Assembly (NCBI GenBank): GCA_965285935.1
Contig: OZ260663.1
Location: 34,782,001 to 34,846,000, forward strand
Length of the DNA stretch: 64,000 bases
Direction: 5' to 3'
From: Ophelia neglecta
Taxonomy: Eukaryota
The notes under the pieces were generated by a model. The model was not told the origin of the DNA and did not search any database. It worked only from the letters and a program-made list of their open reading frames with translations. The position numbers and the translations under genes were made by a program. Each line of letters starts with the position of its first letter. Positions within the stretch are counted from its first letter, which is position 1. Shown in pieces: positions 43,463 through 54,713 of this stretch.

Positions 43463-43571
43463 ATGAGGCGTGTAAGGTCGTGCCGGGTCCCGCTCTCTGC
43501 TAGGATTACTCAACCTTTTTTCACTGTCCGCTGTCTGGTGGGATTTCTTTATTGCTTCGTTCTTAGGACAA
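43463..43571 (+). CDS. First coding exon 1c, signal peptide MRRVRSCRVPLSARITQPFFTVRCLVGFLYCFVLRT
   Basis: Basic n-region plus hydrophobic core, 36 codons + 1 nt, CAA|GTGAGT phase-1 donor at 43572. It is the nearest in-frame partner of the lectin exon. Confidence 0.65.
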
Positions 43572-46500
43572 GTGAGTGCAATGTTTCTAAAGTATTAAGG
43601 CTTGACTGTCCATTAATTTAAGTGCAAACTAGTTAAATATTTATTTCTTGAATAGGCCTATATAATTGTTTCTTTCACAATAAGTTAAGCAGAATATGGT
43701 TTTGACGATTTAGGTTAATGCTTTGATGATTTCCAACCTATCTCTTGATTTTCAAATGATTAACATGAAACTGTGTCATAGCTACTGTATGAACACGTAT
43801 CCTAAAATAGAAATTAATCATATAATTAAGGTTTCCCAAATACATAGAACAGAAGCTCAATATTCCATGTGCTTAGATCGTGCCTACTTATCCGTGGACT
43901 ACCAGGTGAACCCATCCCTTCAGGCATGTTCTCTTGTTTATCAAGCCTTTGCACATCACTCAGTACGTTCCTCTTTCGTCTTGCTACAATACACAATAGG
44001 CTTTTTATTTCAAACGAAAGACACCAATGGCCAATATGTTAAGTTTAATTTCTATCCGTGGGTCATATGTAGAGGGGTTTAAGAGCAATTAAAGTGGTGT
44101 GGGGTCGTTAAGAGAATGTTTAATTCCTTGAATATTCAATGCCCTCTTTCTATATGCTATACAATTCCTTTTTTTTCGACACACCTTGCTATGAAAGTTT
44201 TAAGGACAAAATATAAAATTATTTTTTATAGACTTTTTGAGTTGATTTACTGCTTTATGTCTCCGCCAAGTGGGGCATTTCCATGTAGACACATTACCGG
44301 AGGCTCTTAGTAATACAAACCTGTTATTTATCGCCCTCAGATCCGAGTTGTCGTCTGCCTGTAACCTGTAATGTGGTTCGATACTATGCCATTAGTTGCC
44401 CTTGGCCATTGAGTCAAGTATCCATTTTACCACTCTTAATGCTTGCTAGCCGGAAGACAGCTTGCAGCCCCCTCGGTTTATAGCTTCCCGTGGCCAGTAC
44501 ATTTCATTATTAACTATGGGGGCTGTTTGTAAACGACGATAATAATGATAATTGGTCAATCATAGCTCAGGTGATGGTTCGCAAATCACAATTGTTTATT
44601 TGATAATTGGCTCTATTGTCGCATGTCGAATAGAAAACGCGTATAGATCGAGGACAGGTTTGAACAGGTACCGAATAATTATTTATCATATCACCTATAA
44701 TAATATTAAACAAGAGAAGCGACACATTATTTGTTTGTCTATTGTTGACATTGTTTGTATACCGCCTTGATTTAACGTTCGTAACAAATTATTGGGCATG
44801 CTTTGCTTGATATATAGGCAACAATTCACACCAGTCAGTCTTAGTTGCCTTTCTACAGTTAGACTGAATAAATGAAGACTTTTAATTGGCATGATTTTTC
44901 GAAATTTGCCCTTCACGAATAAATCTATATTGGCGTTTCTCAGGGGTCATGACCCCAAATGTGTCCCTCTAATTAGTGAGAAATGAAAAAACTAAAGATT
45001 CGAACTGTCCTTTTGTGTTCTTTATATGGGTGAGGCAATAAGATTAGCTTAAATTTGACCACTGTTCAATACCTTAAAGTAAAAGAATTAGCAATAAATG
45101 CTATTAATTCTAAAATCTGACTTAAAATAGTCTAGGATTAACCAAAAGTACACCCAATTGGCTGATTCAAGTTTCATTTATTTCATTTTCACAATGTATA
45201 GAATAAGGTAATGAAGAAAAAGCATTGTTTTTCTTCAAGTCTTAATGAATCGTTCTCGTCTAATTACATCATGTCAATTATAAAGGCAATGAGACCTTTG
45301 AATATTATTTTTTGTTAAACTGTTGCTAACACAGAGGTGCTAAAATGCACAATTATTTGGTGGCACGACCACTGGGAAAAGACATTTACGGGAAGGACTC
45401 TTTTCAAAAAACATTTCCAATAATGGTCTTCATTTATTCTGTCTTTCTACAGAAGGCCACCTTTGTATAAACTGTTCTAAATTGTTGCGCCTTTTTTATT
45501 TGTTTTTATTGCTTCAGACCAGACAGACGCGCCAAAGAAAAGCACTTTTTCCGCCATTAATTGCTCCAGAAATTGTTGTTTACTTAATTGGTGCTTACTT
45601 GAGAATTCCAATTTGAGATTAGGAGACTGTTGATAATTGCGGCTGGAAAAAATGATGGATATGATTTATTTTTAAATCCAATAATCATCATTCATAGCAA
45701 GTGACTTTAAAAGACAAAATTAAGGCCATATGACATATGCTTAAACTAGATTAAAATACAATAATAATTAAGGCGTTAATATTTTATGATAGTCGGCTTG
45801 GCTCGCCTGAACGACTATTTCAACCCTTTTTAACCGGCTTATTGAAAGTATTTATCATTCGTATTGCTTGTATAAGTGCAACTCGCTGTCTCGATTTTCA
45901 GTACATATGTAACTAGAAGATTCCTACTTAGATCGTTTGCTGGACTGATCTACTTTCCACCAATCCATCCGAGCCTTCCAAAACAGACAGCCCAAATGGG
46001 TTTGACTGGTGTTTACGTGCTGAAGCAACTGATAACTTTTGCTTGACAAGTTGCAGTAAGCTGTGAAGGGCTTGTATGTAACCTTTTCGCTCATGTATGG
46101 AGAGAACCCCGGCTGTCAGACTAAGATAAAACCAAAGCCATGTTCTCTTAACGCTCGTGGTCAGCGCGATCTTCCCTTAGACGTGTCCTGCCTTAGTAAA
46201 CGCATACCAGGCGGAACAGTGTTCCCTTTATAACACAGCAAACCATTTAGGACAAGAGATCTATCTCCATGAATCAACTTGCTTAGACACTTCACACAAT
46301 GTATCAGATTAACGCAACAAGGCGCCATTTCATTGTCGTCTGGTGAAAACATTAAAACACCAATGTGAAACAAACAGGATGAATATGTCATTGGACATTT
46401 GTTTATTTTATTATGTGACCTATCTGTATTCAGTGCGCTGATTGGTTCAAAGTCACGTGACATGGCCAAGAACGTTAGGCCTACAATGCGTTGACAACTC

Positions 46501-49500
46501 AGTCAATATTTGAGTTGTATAATATCACCTCAGTGAAATCATAGTTTCAAGAAATAATGATAGTTTGAAAACGATATATTTGGAAGCAATGTTTAGTTTG
46601 CGTGTGTTTGAACCGCTGTATGTTCGCTAGTGGATGCTATATCCCTGGACATACGGTCTTGACGTGCACTACTCTCAATCTCCTGTTTAAATTCAATTAT
46701 TCATATAGCATCCACGATTTGCATATCCGCCATGCTGAGAAGGCAATACTAAGCAAACAGTAGCTTCTATACATTTCGGCGACCATGAGGATCTTTTTGG
46801 ATACTTTGAAAAATGGCCGACCAAATTCCGCAAAACAACGCTTTTGAGTGCCCAAATATAGCCAATAATTTTCAAAAAGATATTTTTAAAGATAAAAAAT
46901 ACTTCCGAAGTGTCATCTTCACGATAAAGACAATGCCTTTGTTGCAGTGTTGGCCATATTTCCACATGCCCAGTCTAATAACATCATATTAATGTACACA
47001 CTCCGTCGAGACGATGAGTAGGAGTTACTCATATAATATCCAGACGTGATTCATATTACCCGAGGGCGTTAGCCCCAAGGTTATTGATTTACACGGAGGT
47101 CAATACCGGCCACAGGTCAACTATTCTATTTCCCCCCAAAAAACAAGGTGGGAACTTGTCTTTTAACCTTTCTTTGATATTGGTAAAGCAAACATCAATA
47201 CAGGCCCCATCTCTGTTAAATATATGAAAAACGCTGCACCAGACACGCGGGTATATATGTATTAGGCCGTCATGTATACGCGTGTCATACGTCTGTCGTG
47301 GTTTATGGTACGGCATGATGTTTGACAAGTTCCATATTTGATTTAATAAATGCTTAAGCTTTCGTCTAATATTATGTCGTGTGGCACCCGAGACCAGCTT
47401 ACACCGGCGATCTGACTAATTAATCAATTTATGAATTTATTTATTAACTTACTTATTAACTGACTGTGATTCTGAGTCTAACTCTCAACCACCAATCTTT
47501 CAATGGTTATAATCAAAATCACGCAATTTAAACATTTGCCCGAAGGTGAAAGTAAAAAACGTATAGATCGATTTTATTAAAAAATATAGCCTGATTGGTT
47601 TCTCCATCAATTTTATTGATATTTGTTCAAAATAAGCGCTCGTTTAGACATTTTTATGCCTCACGCCTTTAGTTGATCAAGACAGAGGCCTAGAATGGAT
47701 CTTACATTTTAATACCAATAACACAATCAACAGTAACAGGGCACAAAATATCCGGAATTTTACATTCTCTACAAAAACACAGAGTTCGGTTTTTTCCTCT
47801 ACCTAGCTCGTGTTGGTTAATTGTTTTGTTTATCTTTCTTTTTTTTTTAATTTGCTCTAGATGCCAAGGAGTATTGTCACTTGGAGAAGTTCGAGGGGAA
47901 ATGCCCGGATGGCCACGTGATCATGATGGAGCATGCGCAATACGGGCGTATGAAGCTAGGTCGGTGTCTGACACGTGACTATTACGTTGGCTGTACAGCG
48001 GACGTGCTAGGACACATGGACCAGCGATGCTCTGGACGACAGCAGTGTGAGGTTGTTATGCCTGACGCCACTCTCTTCCGTGCTCAACCCTGTCCCAAGG
48101 ATCTGGTCGTCTACTTGGACGCCGAATACACTTGTATGAAAGGTAAAATACTAAACGCGTCTACCACTCGTACTACTTCGTAATTTAAATAATGAGGCGG
48201 GGGGGGGGGGGGTTAGGAGGGGTTATCATGAATATAAACCAACCGTTGTTGACTTTATAACAGTATTATTCCCATTTTAAAGGACAAGGCTCGGAGAAAG
48301 GTCGCTGTAAGTTGGGTACGGTGCTGCCGGCACACAGTCACTCAGGATATCTAACAAGCCACGAGGCGCAAACCCATAACATTGGCTCAAAAAACTGTCC
48401 TTGGAATATAACTGCTCAACCAGGACAGCGTATAAATATCACTCTGTATGATTTTAATTCCTACGGCTCTATGGTTAGTCCAAGTAGCAGACGACATGAG
48501 CAATGCACAATCTATGCCACCATTCAGGAGACAATCGACGGAAGTGTTCAGGAGACTGTCGTATGTGGTTCTCGAATACGGCATCACGTGGTATACTCAT
48601 CTAAAACAAACGTCATATTTGTACAAATACAGCGCCACCCCTCGGAAAACCCACCAGCTTTCGCACTAAGATATGATGGTAAGTGGAATTTATATCTCAA
48701 AAATTGTATTGAACTTTGAACCTCCGGCAAACTGAAGACAATTAGATTCCGGTTATTTTTCGACCAATGACAAGATGCATGACAAAAGCAGCCATCTTTG
48801 TTGTTATATTTGATATATTCAACAATGCTCTCTTATTGTTCAGGTATTTGTTAGAAGTATCTATGTTAAAGAACCAAGCATCGATTGATTTGAGCCTTCA
48901 CATATCAGAAAAAAAGATATTCTCAGTCGCAGGGGTCGAATAAAATCATGATACTACTTGAGCAAACATCCTTCTAATCTTAAACAGCTATCACGTGTCT
49001 CACATAATTAGTCTACTCTTGTGTTTGAAATACCATCTCGCTTCTTTTTCAATTTTCGGTAATCGAAAACTCTGCAAAAAATGACAGTTATTGATTGTTT
49101 TTGGATCAACAAAATATTTTGGTAAATAAATTGAGCAGTGGTAGATTAATGACCTAATTGCCACCCTCATAGCACACCCGGTTTTGTCCTATTTGGTATT
49201 GTGTAATATTGTTATCATGCATAGCACACTCAGACCGTTTTGCTGATATTGTTACGTATATTATTGCGATAAAATAACGCGCAAATCTCATGTGATGATG
49301 ACAATTACTATCCATTACTTCATTCAACAAATGACATATTCCGGTTGCTAAGGTAGAGTTAATATTAGTAGTATGCAGCCCGCTAGTTATATTATTCAAG
49401 ATTTTGCCTTTGTTATATAATTAAAGTTATAGCATAGAGTAAACACGATTGTTTTTTGATATGCACATGTACATGAGATGGAGGTTTGGTGATGGCGGTG

Positions 49501-52500
49501 GTGGTGGTGGCGGCGGCGGGGTGGTGGTGGGGGGGGGGGGGGGTAACTTGAGAACTTCAAGATCAGGTCGAGGTCGGAAAACAGGCCTAGGCTGCTTTAA
49601 GGCGAAACCCTATCCGTGTATCAAAATATTACTGCGAACAGCCCCTATATAGGCGCAATACCTCTTGCAGATACGGGGTGATCATGAAACATATTGTAAC
49701 CAAGCGAGGCACAGGTGGCAAGAAAACAAAAGCAGCTGAACAGGGGAAAAGTTGCGGCTCCATCGAAACGCTATTATTGGCATGGTTTTTAATGCACCCA
49801 CAAGTCTCAAACCAGAGTCGACGTCCTTCCGCCTACGTCATATAAGAAGCCGAGGTTTACGGGCGTAGGTAGCTTATACGTGGCCAGAATTGCACTGTTG
49901 GGTGTCATTAATAACCGTACTGAGCATTTCATCCAATTTGGTACTTAACGTTTGATTAAGCTGTTAGTAGAAATAGGTCAACCCTGAGATTATGTAGGCC
50001 CATCAGTCGAAATCACTTGGCTGATCTGGCCTAAGACGGCGTTGATTTCCGCTTAGCCATCTCCTGTGGCGACAACCGTCTCCTTGAAATAGAAAACCAC
50101 ACAATGGTAAATTCTCGAAATGTCAACTAACCATAGCGTTGTCTTTTTATCATTTCTGTCTGTTGTTTGGTTTGCGGGGGAGCTCCCACGTGACTAGACA
50201 ATGAGATTTATCGGTCTTCTTTGTACTCTGAAACTAGGCCGGTTAGATGAAAAGAAACCTTACCGAGCCAGTATTTACGCAGCTTGTAATTTTCAAAGAA
50301 TATACATTTATAAGTTTTTGCATTAATCAAATTTCTAATTACAACCAATGGTATTAACCTTAAGCTGAATGCTTATCATAAATAGTATGTTTTATGATGA
50401 ATTTTCCTTAACAGACAGTCAATAAAATCCCGAAAAATCTTTATAAACACCTCTTTGAATATAAAAATACTACTATTTTGCTGCATGAATTCATGCAGCT
50501 GCAACCTAAAAGCGTAGGCATATACTGGTTTGTTTAAATCACTCAATCGTTGTTTGCAGCGTAAATACAAATTTAATCTTTTTTCAAAGTGTCACAAATT
50601 TCTTGCGCCTTTCACATGAAAAAAGATGAAATATGACGAACCTATATTTGTGAAAAACGCTTAAAAATATAGATGGATCTAGAGTCTAATTACATGTATT
50701 TCCCTGTGAAAAACTACATATGCAAATTATTATCCCTTCGCCTTTGTTGCGCTTCAATATCCAGCACAGGAAAAAGCAGTGACACAGGTTTCTCCTTCCT
50801 GGTAACCTATTTTTGCCCAGTTATGCAGCAAAGCAGGTCGATGCTTAGGAATAATTGGCACTTTTAAGTGGGGGAAAGGCAAGCGTTCACATCTCGGGCA
50901 TGAAGAACAACTTTAAACGACACCGAACATTAGTGTATCATTCCTTAGGCAGCTAGGAAAAAAGCACAATTTACAGTTATATAAAAAAGCTTAAAAATTC
51001 TTAATAAAATAATTAAATTAGAGTGTAAAAAATACGAATGTCTCAAGCAAGAGCGACTAGAGCTATAGCTTGAAATGGCGGAAACACGAATCTTAATTAT
51101 TCTTAAAAGATTGGCCGTAAAGGTGTAATGTTTTGCGAAGGGAGTGGAATTGGCATTGACTGATTTTGTAACCGTAGTTTCAGGCTTGTTATTAACCTTC
51201 ATAAGATATGTTTTAATCTTTAGCCATTGGGTGTCCAGATCCGTCTACGCCGCCCCACGCTGTGCTGAGTCGTACCGGAGATAAAGTGCACATAGTCTGT
51301 AACGACAGTCTCAAGTCCCGGCATCTCGTCTGCAAAGGGACCTCGTGGGTGGGAGATATGGCCAATTGTTCTGCAGGTAACTCCATAGGAATCAGAAATA
51401 TAAAGAAGGAATATATACTGTTCATATTACTTGCTCGAAACATCACTTTTTGAAACTACCCTGTTTTTTGCAACAAATGATACTATGTTCCCGCTTTTAT
51501 AACAAATAGAAATTGCTCTTTTATCCTTTTCTGATCATTTTGGGAATAGGTATACTACTTATGGGGAAAACGTCTGCTTCATAATCCATACCTTATCACT
51601 CTCACACTATTATCACCCTTGCGTCGGGATGAACCTTATCTAAATAGAAAAATGTAAAACTATCGTAATTTAAAGTTCACCCCAACCAAAACGCTCCCAT
51701 TAAGCAATGGCCCAGATATGAATTGTGGTTGGTGTATTTGTAAAATTGTTTTTCTGTAAGGAACCATATGCATTCAAAGCACAATATTTTTGGCACATTT
51801 TAGCGAGCCGTCTCTCTGATTTTAAATCATATTACAATATCGATTGAGGCTGTGTTCAATGATTTTTCATTTCTGTTGTTTTTATTTGTCAGATGCGGGA
51901 CGACATTCCACGAAGTTAGAGACAGGGGTCTCACAAAGCAGCTTGCTCAGTTTTCCAAATGGTAAGTATACAAATAACTGGTACTATAAGCTGGGACATA
52001 AGAGTGAAGATCATTAGCTCCCAGCTATAAGTAACCTGCGAGCTGTGGCCTGGAGGAAAGCGGTCATATTGCCGGAACGGTACATTGTGAGGAGGAATGT
52101 TTTAAACGTCAAGCCTGGTAGCCGATTTCATTATTCATCTCATGGAACCTATATGAACTCTCTTATTATGATTAATAGTGAAAGCTATTGGCGCCTTTTC
52201 CCAAGATTGTGATAAATTCTTGCGGACAAGAGGTACCATGAGTGTAACACGTAATTCGTCACGGCTTTTTCATGTTCTAGGCCTTCTACTAGCGGTCGTG
52301 ATAGGAATCGCTCTGGGTCTACTTATCGGGGTATGCCTTTTGGTCTTCGTCTACACCGTGCGCCGAAGGTAGGTTACTCTACTTAATTGTCATTAATGAA
52401 CGTATAAGAAATTTATAATTAATCCTAAGTTGAATCTATTTAACTTAACCAGAACGTGTATTCAAACTTTGACCCATATCATATACTAGGGCCTAATGGG

Positions 52501-54394
52501 AGCAATGTCGCCTTGTTAACTGTGTAAACACCATTATTTCAGGGTGGTATATAGGAGCTTACCAAAACAAAACGCGGCCATTTTGTTCTGGTTTATCGAT
52601 GTTGGCCTATATGGTTGAAATAACTATAGTGTATTGTGGAAATTTCACAAAATAGAGTTTTCGCCAACCCCTCATTTCCATTCGTTGGTGCTCATAAATA
52701 TTTCGCAGACGTAAAGCATTCGCCAGTGGAAAATCTAGTGGTCTAAATTGTTTCAGGTCCTGATTGTAAGCTGGGCTAAAACTTAAACTTGAACGTAATA
52801 ACACAATACATTTGACAGTAAGGCCTACCTACAGTTATTCCACTTGGAAGATCCAGTGGGTTTAAACCGACTGGCCCGGTCAGCTGGAATGTCTCTAAGT
52901 ATCCCTTAATACCAACGGTCTATGGACATTACGTACAAAGGGCTCTATTTTGCCGCTCGTTTAAAATCTTATTTCTGAGCTCTTATATTATAGGACTAAT
53001 ATATTAAGCGTTGCCTTCGTTGCCATTTGTTATGCAGATTTTATACATAAGGTACCGCGCAAAATATTCCATGATCAAATATTAGCTGACAAGTGACCTA
53101 TGCATCCCATCTTCTAAACAGACCTTCCAGACATTTCCGACAAGCATGCGCATGATGTTTTCAATGTTTGCATGTATAACAAGATTAATTGCGGGTACAG
53201 GGAAGGTAACGTACATTTTAGTAACACACAAGGCCATGTTGGGCACATAAAACCCTCCATTGTCATACAAATACATGATCATGAAGTGGTCGAAACTAGC
53301 TAAAGTTGCGTAGAAACCTGCATCATAAGTTAGATGCAGTTATAGATTCTCTTGAATCCAAGTTGCAAGAGTCAATGAACTCGCACAACATAGTTAACTG
53401 AAAAGGGTGGTCGTTTAATAACGTGATTACTGGCTTTACTGAGCTTTACAAATTCGCCATTTTATATATCGACAGGACTCTCTGATTTAAGCCTTGTTAT
53501 ATTGGATATAAATCGTCCGAAAACAACCCACACGAGGTACATCTCATTAGCGTATTCCTTTGACCAGCAACCAGATTGAACCCACGCGATTTGCAAAATA
53601 AAACTTGTAGGTGGATCTCTGTTGCACAAGCCGTACGCCACTCAGGAAGAAAGCCGTGATATAACTATACTGAAAACACTGCGCCGAAATGACAGTGCTT
53701 GTTAGCCTAATCCTGGTTACAATTCTGCAGCCTTGTTTAATATTGTTATCCGTAAACCTAATGCTCCTTTTAGCCAGACTAATGCATTCGGTTTGGGAAT
53801 CTTCAAACAACCCTATGATGCATGCGTGTTACATAGCTCTCAGTGAATTATACCCTTCATTAAAGATCGCATTTCATACAAGTAATGAACGATTATTAGG
53901 ATATTCTGCAGAACGCCCAATTTGGTATTTATTCATGCATGATATTTATTTTAATTAATCTTTTCAGACGGCGAAGAGGCCGAAGAAACAATTTTATGAA
54001 AGAGGCGAACGCGCTTCTTGGACCTGAGCAGCTCGTGCAAGGAGACAACAGCAAACAGAACATGTCTGGTGTGTATGACTCTCGCGAGAACTCGATGAGA
54101 TTAGCCAGACAGGACAATGTGGAGATTACCACCTCCATACCGATGACCTTAATACGTCATGGTGATCACGTGTGCGAGAAACCCGCCTCGGGTCAGGAGA
54201 TCAAGGTCATTCATGCCCCATCGGCGTCTCCCACGCGCCATCTGGTGCCAAACTACTGCGGTGGCGATTGCCCGGATGTGGTTGATGTGAATGCATCTGA
54301 TATAGACAGAATGAGGACTTTGCCGTTTGGCTATCGGCCGGGACCGAAAATGGGGAACAATCCTTGTGGATGCGACTATCATGGCCCACTATAA
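43463..54394 (+). CDS. Spliced gene for a type-I transmembrane SUEL-lectin/CUB/sushi-like receptor: join(43463..43571,47861..48142,48283..48678,51224..51376,51893..51961,52281..52368,53968..54394), 1524 nt, 507 aa
   Basis: All six introns are GT-AG with matching phases (1,1,1,1,1,2). The joined frame is open from ATG to TAA and the domain order (SP-lectin-CUB-CCP-like-stalk-TM-tail) is coherent. The choice of first exon is less certain than the body. Confidence 0.85.
47861..48142 (+). CDS. Exon: SUEL/galactose-rhamnose-binding lectin domain
   Basis: Long polypyrimidine tract + TAG acceptor. Translation EYCHLEKFEGKC...HAQYGRMKLGRC...GC...RCSGRQQC...QPCPKDLVVYLDAEYTC has 8 Cys with the AxYGR and PCP..YL..YxC motifs. 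AG|GTAAAA donor, phase 1-1. Confidence 0.93.
48283..48678 (+). CDS. Exon: CUB domain
   Basis: RC...SGYLTS...CPWNITAQPGQRINITLYDF...C..YATI.E...VCG...VYSSKTNVIFVQI...FALRYD. Phase-1 AAG acceptor at 48282, G|GTAAGT donor at 48679. Confidence 0.92.
49480..49543. repeat. GGT/GGC repeats plus a poly-G tract (intronic, G-quadruplex-prone)
   Basis: Directly visible in the CUB-sushi intron. Confidence 0.85.
51224..51376 (+). CDS. Exon: short sushi/CCP-like 4-Cys module
   Basis: IGCPDPSTPPHA...GDKVHIVCND...HLVCKGTSWVGDMANC shows the C-P..C..C..W..C pattern. TAG acceptor, CAG|GTAACT donor, phase 1-1. Confidence 0.85.
51893..51961 (+). CDS. Exon: Ser/Thr-rich juxtamembrane stalk (DAGRHSTKLETGVSQSSLLSFPN)
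   Basis: Strong pyrimidine tract + CAG acceptor, G|GTAAGT donor, 69 nt, symmetric phase 1-1, open frame. Confidence 0.8.
52281..52368 (+). CDS. Exon: transmembrane helix GLLLAVVIGIALGLLIGVCLLVFVY followed by TVRR
   Basis: About 25 hydrophobic residues followed by basic stop-transfer residues. TAG acceptor, AG|GTAGGT phase-2 donor. Confidence 0.9.
53968..54394 (+). CDS. Terminal exon: cytoplasmic tail ending ...NNPCGCDYHGPL*
   Basis: TTTTCAG acceptor in phase 2 matches the TM exon. About 141 open codons, GC-richer than the flanks, ending at TAA 54392-54394. Confidence 0.85.
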
Positions 54395-54707
54395 CGAACG
54401 CGTGGCAACGATATTTTGCCTGTCTTATTGATGTTTATTAAATTCAATGTTTTCGCACTTTTCTATTCTTACAATTTAAGAGTCAATATATTATGTAATG
54501 CAACAAGTGCAACATTGAAGAAAGAGATTAATATGAACGTGTTTTATTTGGGAAATCTCATTTTCTCGTAGATTTGCGTTCTCGATCCTATTGACTTGAA
54601 CTCTGTATGAAAGTCGCTATCTTCTCGATCTGCATACATATGCTTTATTTTTTTAATATTTAAACTGTGTTTGTCACCGTGACCATAAACGTGATTTATT
54701 GTTTTTT

Positions 54708-54713
54708 AATAAA
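54708..54713 (+). terminator. Candidate polyadenylation signal AATAAA
   Basis: First canonical AATAAA ~310 nt after the stop, in an AT-rich 3'UTR. Other hexamers occur nearby, so this is not unique. Confidence 0.4.

Noticed and set aside
48261-48263. CAG as acceptor of the CUB exon
   Set aside because: It gives phase 0, incompatible with the phase-1 lectin donor; the AAG ending at 48282 fits.
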